A stretch of DNA of 64,000 bases from the NCBI GenBank assembly GCA_951406725.2, contig OX597815.1, positions 13,702,001 to 13,766,000 of the forward strand. Direction: 5' to 3'. Numbering within the stretch: the first letter of the stretch is position 1; each line of letters begins with the position of its first letter. Position numbers and translations under genes: made by a program. A model generated the notes under the pieces. That model was not told the DNA's origin, did no database searches, and saw only the letters and a list, made by a program, of their open reading frames with translations. This document shows, piece after piece, positions 55,973 through 64,000 of this stretch. This DNA is from Octopus vulgaris. Lineage: Eukaryota.

Positions 55973-56352
55973 TATACATACGTGAGCATATATATATATG
56001 TATATTTATATATATTTATATTTATATTTATATTTATATATACATATATCTACTTGCGTACGTGTGTGTGTGTGTGTGTGTGTGTTCTGTCAATTAATCT
56101 TATTAAAATACAGAATTCTCATACCACCTTGATCAGAAAGCCACCATGCGAAGATGAAGCCCCAGTTAACATGATATCCACGATACATGAGAATTTATAT
56201 TCAGTATAGAGTTTTCAACATCATTAAGACGTCGTTCATTTTTCTTAAACTTAAGATTACATACTTATTTTAATATATATATATATATATATATATGTAA
56301 ATCTGATTAAATAAATTTTTATACAAACATACACACACGTACACACATACAT

Positions 56353-56436
<84 letters not shown>

Positions 56437-57065
56437 GTGTGTGTGTGTAATGTTGAGTCTAGAAGCTATAGCTAATATAATCTTAAAACCTAATTAAAAT
56501 GCGTGATTTAAAACTTCGGTAGAGTTTTATAATATACCTTCAACAGTGTACATTCTAGCAATTAGCGTTCTCTCATTTTGTATATTTAGACATAAGCGAA
56601 TAGTGATTACGTTGCTTACTCAAATAGAAACTATATTACACTATATACGCAACGGTAAATATAATATTGCTAATTTTGAAATAATAATTATTGTTCTGTA
56701 ACGAAAATCAATTTTCGTAAATAGCTCTCCGTAACAAGAGAATATTCCATTTATTAATATCTTCTTGGTGAATAGGTTTATGTGTTCCATATTTTTTTTT
56801 ACCAGCAACACTGGTCAGCATTAATAACGTTATTTGTTACATGTCTTCTGCAGCTCTGCAGTTCAGTCACTGGCTCATAATAGTGCTGAAGACTTGAAAA
56901 ACGGAAGAAATTCTGTGAGGTTCGTTACAGAGGGAATTTCCGAAAACGTACATCCTTTTCTGTTTTCCTCACCGGTATTTAAATCTCTCTATGATAACAC
57001 GTATAACCGATATATAAAGACACAACATGAATACATATGCTCACATATGTATATATATATATATT

Positions 57066-57436
57066 TAGTTTCAGCTCAGAGCTGCGGCCATGCTGATGCA
57101 CAACCGTTTTCCGCTACGCTGTTATTACTAGGAACATCTAATATGTGGCACTTGATGAAGAATGGAGCTTGATATAGCTACCCTCATTTGCACCTCTTGC
57201 CGTGAGGTAGGCTCATCTGGGACTCTCGACAGGAAGAGGTCCAGCTTTGATTTAAAAACCCCTACATCTACTTTGTTACTTTGTGCAAGTTCCTCAGACA
57301 CTTTGGGAGAATATGAAAAAGCTGTAGGCCCTTGAAACCCAGGCCGTTGCAGTAACTGGTCCTGAAGCGTGATGGCATTGCTGGGATTTTTGGCACTATG
57401 CAGTGTCGTCCTGTTCTGGCATTAGTGTAGCTTTCA
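57066..57436 (-). mobile_element. CR1-like LINE 3' fragment
   Basis: ORF 57268-57480 (RTGRHCIVPKIP...GLGFKGLQLFHILPKCLRNL); same 3' end as 51681. Confidence 0.88.
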
Positions 57437-57834
57437 TATGCGTGTGTGCGTGTGTGTGTGTTGAACCACTGACTCAACACGTTTTCTTTTTTCTTTTATT
57501 TCTATTTGTCGAAGATAGTAGGCTCCAAACGTAGATAGGTTTTCCATTTCTCCCGAGCGTCAAACGAATACATTTGCTTGTTGATCCTGCACCTGTGTTC
57601 ATCTTTGTTTTTCTATAACTTTGACCTATATACATAGTCGCAGGCGTTGCTGTAGGTTAACAAGCTTGTTACCCAACCACATAGTCCCAGTTCAGCCATA
57701 CTGTGTGCATAAAGATAATTTTTTAAAATTTCATTAGACATTCTAAAATACTATTAAATTTTATTTAGTTTTAAAAAAGGTAAAATCGGACAAAACTTAT
57801 GGGATGACCTGATACATATATGTATGTATAATAC

Positions 57835-58003
57835 GGCGAGCTGGCAGAATCGTTAGCACGCCGGGTGAAATGCTTATCGGCATTTCGTCTGCAGCTACGT
57901 TCTGAGTTCAAATTCCGCCGAGGTTGACTTTGCCTTTCATCCTTTCGGTGTCGATAAACGAAGTAGCAGTTCGGTACTGGTGTCGATTTAATCGACTGGC
58001 CCC
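57835..58003 (+). mobile_element. SINE family C
   Basis: Matches the reverse complement of 18700-18865. Confidence 0.9.
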
Positions 58004-58509
58004 ATGTATGTATGTACGAATGTTTGTAGGTATTACGTATGTGAACGGGTGTACATGAATACAATTCTGCCCGCAGTCATATCTACATGAATAGAGAATG
58101 TTTATTATTAATAACAATGTAAATATATGTATTGTAATTATATGAATGAAAGCTATGATACAATCGTTGCTGGGAATTGGATGAATGTAGAGGTTGAGAA
58201 TTAACTTTTGTTTTTACTTTCTTGGTAGTTTGCACTTTTCTTGTCTCTGGTTATATCTTTTATCTGAGATCCCCACCCTTGACCATTCGATGCTGCATTC
58301 CTGTTTCTATGCTGTTATTTCTGCTGCTGCTCCCAGTTTATTGTTTGGTACCTTTTTAATGATGTGTTTCTTCTGAAGTTTGCCAACCGATACCATTTCA
58401 TTTCTTTTGTTTAGCAATGATTTCATTTTAATGAGCTGCCTACGTGTAAACAGCATGAAGCTTTACTGTTGTATTTACAGAACGTGTTTATGAACTTTAG
58501 CCGACAGGG

Positions 58510-58730
58510 TATATATAAAGTTAGATAAACTTAGATATGTTTCGACCAAAGATTGGTCCAGGCCATGTCTAACTTAATAGCACCACCTGATAGGATTATT
58601 CGAATCCTGTTTAAGTCAAGTTTTGTTCAACTAGTGAGTTCTTGTTGGGTGAGTTGTATCCAATTATGGGTGGCTTATCTGGTATTCTTTGAAGGAATCT
58701 ATCCAGACTCTGTTTAAAGTTGATGGATAA
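58510..58730 (-). mobile_element. CR1-like LINE 3' end (same group as 36349 and 44836)
   Basis: FKQSLDRFLQRIPDKPP peptide and the same 3' motif and tail as 44836-44910. Confidence 0.85.
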
Positions 58731-59029
58731 GTATGAGCATCTTTTAGTTATTAGAAATAATTTTATGCCCACAAAGACATTGCTTACATCAGTATATGTG
58801 TGTAATATTGATTAAAATCAATAAACTCGAACAGTATAGTATCAGATCGACCTAAAATTCTGTGTGTATATCCTTTTTTTTAATTTACAGTTGGATTTAT
58901 TAATCGAATTATTTGCCAAGTGTGCGTTATTATGCAAATCGGTCGATCCACTTGAATTAATACATTACAAATAGTGTGTTCCAAGCAGTACATCCAAGGC
59001 AGACACAAGCGCATCTGATCTTTTTGTGA

Positions 59030-59405
59030 TCTCTTCTCTCTATATATAAACGGCAGTTTGTCTGTGTGTGTTTCTGTGTGTCTGTTTTCTCGTACCCTCA
59101 CTCTGACCACGGCTTTCAACCGATTCTGATGAAACTTGACACACACATAGCCCAATGTCATAATTCAAAACTAACCAGCGAAAATTTTGAAAAGTTCCCC
59201 CAGTTCTGAAAAAAATCGATAAATTCGACATGGGGTCGAGAATCAGAAACACAAACCACAGACTGTCTAGGGGACGCAACTCCACCTTTTTAACTCTCAA
59301 AAATAAATTTACCAATTTTTTTTCTATTTTTTGGCTATAACTCTCTAAAAATGCTTTATAGTTATTTTCCTTACAAACCCGAGCAACGCCGGGCGATACT
59401 GCTAG
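59030..59405 (+). mobile_element. Non-autonomous Helitron, complete ends
   Basis: A|TC 5' end; CCCGAGCAACGCCGGG hairpin 8 nt before CTAG|T. Confidence 0.85.
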
Positions 59406-60054
59406 TCTGTTCATAAATATATTTTACAAAGTAAAGCTGTTAACATCTATGTCAGCATAGTATACCCTAAAAGTGTATATATTTCCCTTTACAATACATT
59501 ATAGTATTGTAATCATATGAAATTTGTGCGCTCTGCATATTATGCACGTCTCTGAATATTTATACAAGAAGTATCGGCATCTATTATTGACAACTTTATG
59601 CTAAAATTTTCCTTTCCTTCAAGTTCCAAATATACTTTGACATAGAAATTATTTCTCTCGAATTTTATGAGTGATTTCAAATGTTTTGGTCATCTGACTT
59701 CGAATATTTCTTGTTTTAATAATACTTTGTAGTACTTGCATGGCTTTCTCTTCTAATATTGGTACAATGAAAATTGCATTTTTATAGCAGAAACTCAAGC
59801 TGAACATGCAAAAACGCACACTACTAAATTTACGATGTCATGAAGTATTTATTTATGTAGGAGTTACTCTTCCTTAACTTAAACAATACGATGTAAAAGC
59901 AATATGGGGATAACAGAAAGTCAATTGAAAGACGACTACTGTAATCATAATCCATCCTTACACACACCAAAACCTGAAGAACAGCAATTAGGAAACTACT
60001 TCCAGGATCGAATAAATGCAAACGTGGAACGCCTAGAAAAAAAGATGCAATATA

Positions 60055-60440
60055 GGTGTAGAAGTGGTTGTGTGGTAAGTAGCTTGCTTACCAACCACAT
60101 TGTTCTGGTTTCAGTCCCACTGCGTGGCACCTTGGGCAAGTATCTTCTACTATAGCTTCGGGCCGACCAAAACCTTGTGAGTGGATTTGATAGACGGAAG
60201 CTGAAAGAAGCCCGTCGTATATATGTATGTGTATGTGTATATGTTTGTGTGTCTGTGTTTGTCCCCCCAACATCGCTTGACAACCGATGCTGGTGTGTTT
60301 ACGTCCCCGTAACTTAGCGGTTCGGCAAAAGTGGCCGACAGAATAAGTACTAGGCTTACATAGAATAAGTCCTGGGGTCGATTTGCTCGATTAAAGCGGT
60401 GCTCCAGCATGGCCACAGTCAAATGAAAGGGATACTGAAA
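60055..60440 (+). mobile_element. SINE family B, near full length
   Basis: Colinear with the reverse complement of 16451-16890. Confidence 0.9.
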
Positions 60441-61055
60441 AGAGATTCTTTTGAAAGGATACAAATATATTCGTCCATTAAATTATCTAAATTTTTATTC
60501 GACTTATTATCGCTTGAATTCTGAAATTCCAAGTCACTACTTGGTTAAATAATTCAACTTTAAATCTGTTGACTTAACAACTCTGTTACCTCATGCAACT
60601 TGTTTTTAAACTATGGAAATTACGTCAACACAAGATTAAAATTTGCGCACATCGCAATGTCTAGTTAACATTATTAATTAACTCTAATAATGTTATGCTA
60701 CTTTTTGCTAACAGCAATTAAGTATCATTCCTGATTCTAAATTCTATTTTCTTAACTTCTGAAATGAAATTTTTCTATTAAATAGGTGTTATTTTGCACC
60801 GATACACATATATTCACTACTATAATTACAGAAAAAAAAAGCAGTGTGTTGTACATAAAATTCATATTCGTGCAGATGAATGGAGGCATGATATATAAGC
60901 CTGTCCTTACAACAGTATATGGCTAAATATGCAAAATCAGAGATAGCACAGATTTTTATACTTCGTTTGGAATCAGACCAAAGATTTCATAACCTACATT
61001 GGAACTATAACAATATGTGTAAATGTGTGCGTGTGAATGTCTGAGCATGTGAATG

Positions 61056-61437
<382 letters not shown>

Positions 61438-62221
61438 GTGTGTATGTTTGTATACTAGCTGATGTACCCGGTAAATCCCGAGGATAAAGATATTCTATTG
61501 AAACGTCTTATTACCCTGATGTAAGAAAGCAATTTCGTTATAACAGCCACAAAAAAATGTATTTTCCGTCGCGGAAAAGTACAAAACATATGTCAGCTGG
61601 AGGAGATGGAGATTATTGGATGTTGTTGAGAGAGGTTTTCGGTGGTTGGAGAGAAAGTAATCTGACTGTTCATGGCATTTTAAAGGTAAATGGATATGTA
61701 GGTGAACATATTGACACATAAGTAGATAGATAGGTACATAGGTAATACGGACAGACAAGTAGGAAACCTCCTATACACACACACACACACACACACAAAA
61801 CAAATCTGAAACACATGACAATATACACATGCAAACTTCACACAATCGCATACACATAAAGACACATACATAACAGACGTACGTACATAGTCACGCAAAC
61901 ACATACACATAGTCACTCTCGAACACGCACACACAAACACATATATACAATCACACAAACATACACAAACACGTGAATATGCAGAATACATACATACAGA
62001 TAGACATACATATATGCATAGACAGGAACACCAGCACATTGATGCACACACATGCGCACAAACAGACAAAAAGAACGCTGCTCCAATAACTGACGGAAAG
62101 CGGCGAAGATTTTCGAAGAAAAAATGTAAATAATAAATGAGTGTAAATTAAAACGGTGCGTGTGTTAGATAATAAGGCCTGAAGGCACAATATGTGTGTG
62201 TGTGTGTCTGTGTCTGTGTAT

Positions 62222-63610
62222 TAGTATAAATTAAGGGATTACTCCAAAAATATTACCGGTTTACTCTCCATTAGTTATTCAAAATATGTTATTCGACAGT
62301 TAACATATAAATCCAGTAAAGTTCATATAAGATACGAAATTCGAGAAATATTCCATTGGGTAAATCTGAATATATTTCATTAACAATATAGGTTTACTGC
62401 TGTAGAAAAATTGACAATAAGAAAAATTAGGATTACTTCGAAATAGCAATAGCATTACCTTTAATTCGATAATTATATACCGCCTTTTAAGACCAACAAA
62501 TGTTTCAATTGCACCGATTAGTAATCGTTACAATTAGAAGTCTACTAGAAGACGGTGCAGGTTCTTCAGTGTCTTAACTTGATATCCCTCGGTATGGCCG
62601 CTTAATGATTTTCTTTTATAAACACTGCGTCGTATAACTGAGAGCTTTCCGTTAAGTCAGACCACAAATACTCTCTATTTCAAGTTCTTATTGGATAATC
62701 ATTTACAGTCTATTTTTTCAAAACCTTGTATAGTTTATAACATAATTTTTCACTTATGCTTCACAAATATGAATTTCTTTATGCGCAAGCATCTTAATGC
62801 TTGCTCTTTTCTAGAATATTTTACCTTAACCTTGGATATGAAACTCCTGGAAAATTCTTCTAAACATAAATCACATTTATTGGTTCCAGTTTTGTATGGT
62901 TTTTCAATACAATTTAATTCCCATTTAATCGTATAGTCCTTGTCACTGTTCTTAAAAAACCAGATTAATTTGCTAAGATTCCTTTCGAACTTTTTTATTT
63001 TTGTCATTAAATGATCTGAAAGGATTTGCCAGTCTCCCCTTGAAAATGACTGTTGTCCCACCGAAGTAAAAGATTTCCTTACACTCAGATGTAACTATAT
63101 ATCTATATATTGCATTTTTAGTTTTACACTTACTTCCTACGTAACAGGATTCCCATTTAGAACAATTACAAAGATAGCCTTTATATTTCCCTCAGATTTA
63201 GTTTCAATTTGATAATTCATTGTAGAATTAAAATTAATTCCCAACAAGTTCCTTATTACTATTTACTCCTTTAGATAACGTTATCCTTCTATTCCTCGCT
63301 GAATTTTTATTCGAGTTGACGTCATTTCTTACGTTAACTTGAATTATTTCCCTTTGCATGACATTTAATTTCTTAGCGTTCCCTACTATTTGCGTTACTT
63401 TATTCCATTTGACGTTATTATGCTTCGAATTTATTACGCTATTCTGATCATAATAGCTTTTTTAAAATTTCAGATAATATTGTAATATTATGCGATGCTA
63501 TAAATCCTGCAATATTATGGCTAAGACAATAGCCCGATGTAATCTTATGCCTATTAAAAATCTTGTAATATTTGTTGTTTCTTGGAAATATTTTTGAATT
63601 GCTATATTAA
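62222..63610 (-). mobile_element. Penelope-like element (Naiad-like) 3' half: thumb/linker, GIY-YIG endonuclease and HHR-bearing terminal repeat
   Basis: YYKIFNRHKITSGYCLSHNIAGFIASHN; FYFGGTTVIFKGRLAN; LSKLIWFFKNSDKDYTIKW...PYKTGTNKCDLCLEE. Confidence 0.88.
62487..62577 (-). ncRNA. Type I hammerhead ribozyme downstream of the PLE endonuclease (slightly decayed)
   Basis: TTAAGACA-CTGAAGA-accTGCACCG...CGGTGCAatt-GAAA-CAttTG-TT-gGTCTTAA. Confidence 0.72.
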
Positions 63611-63729
63611 ACAATTATGTGTGGGCGTGTGAATATATATATGCTATATATGTGTATATGCTATATGTATATATTGTATATATAGCAATATTCAAAAATT
63701 ATGTGTATATATATATATATATATATCAT

Positions 63730-64000
63730 TAAGATCGTGGAAAAACCAAGGAGCTCCATCATATCACAATTATGTAGGAGGTACATGCACCAATGAGAAC
63801 GGCATTGTAAGATTAACATTGGAATTATCTGTAGAACTAGGAATGTAGTCTACAGTATAAGGTGCATACAGAGTGCTTGTAAAGACAAGAATATAACATG
63901 CATTGGTGAGATATCTAGAAGCATTGCGGAGAGACTAAATGGATATATGAGACAATATGACTACATAGGACAGTCCTCCATACTCTACCAATATGCCAGA
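63730..64000 (+). mobile_element. GIY-YIG endonuclease remnant of a second PLE type (cut by window edge)
   Basis: CRTRNVVYSIRCIQSACKDKNITCIGEISRSIAERL resembles the PLE VVY..C..C..YIGETSR..ER motif; starts right after a (TA)n run. Confidence 0.75.

Overview
AT-rich, repeat-saturated animal DNA with no recognisable host protein-coding gene. The SINE repertoire and abundant (TA)n/(CA)n/(TAGA)n tracts suggest Octopus or another coleoid cephalopod (inference). Most ORFs in the track are microsatellite artefacts. Real content: several tRNA-derived SINE families, CR1-like and RTE-like LINE fragments, an R4/Dong-like RLE retrotransposon in a (CATA)n tract, a decayed Mag/Gypsy LTR element, Tc1 and mariner remnants, non-autonomous Helitrons, and at least four Penelope-like element (PLE) fragments with RT and/or GIY-YIG domains. 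The most striking signal, read by hand, is about ten type-I hammerhead ribozyme (HHR) motifs plus a family of minimal HHR-like motifs. Most sit in short PLE-terminus cassettes that abut (TA)n and often form fold-back inverted repeats. One hairpin carries an intact HHR on each strand (19856-19916 and 20050-20110). HHRs in PLE termini are a known phenomenon; the density, core variants, fold-back architecture and (TA)n targeting here are what merit follow-up.
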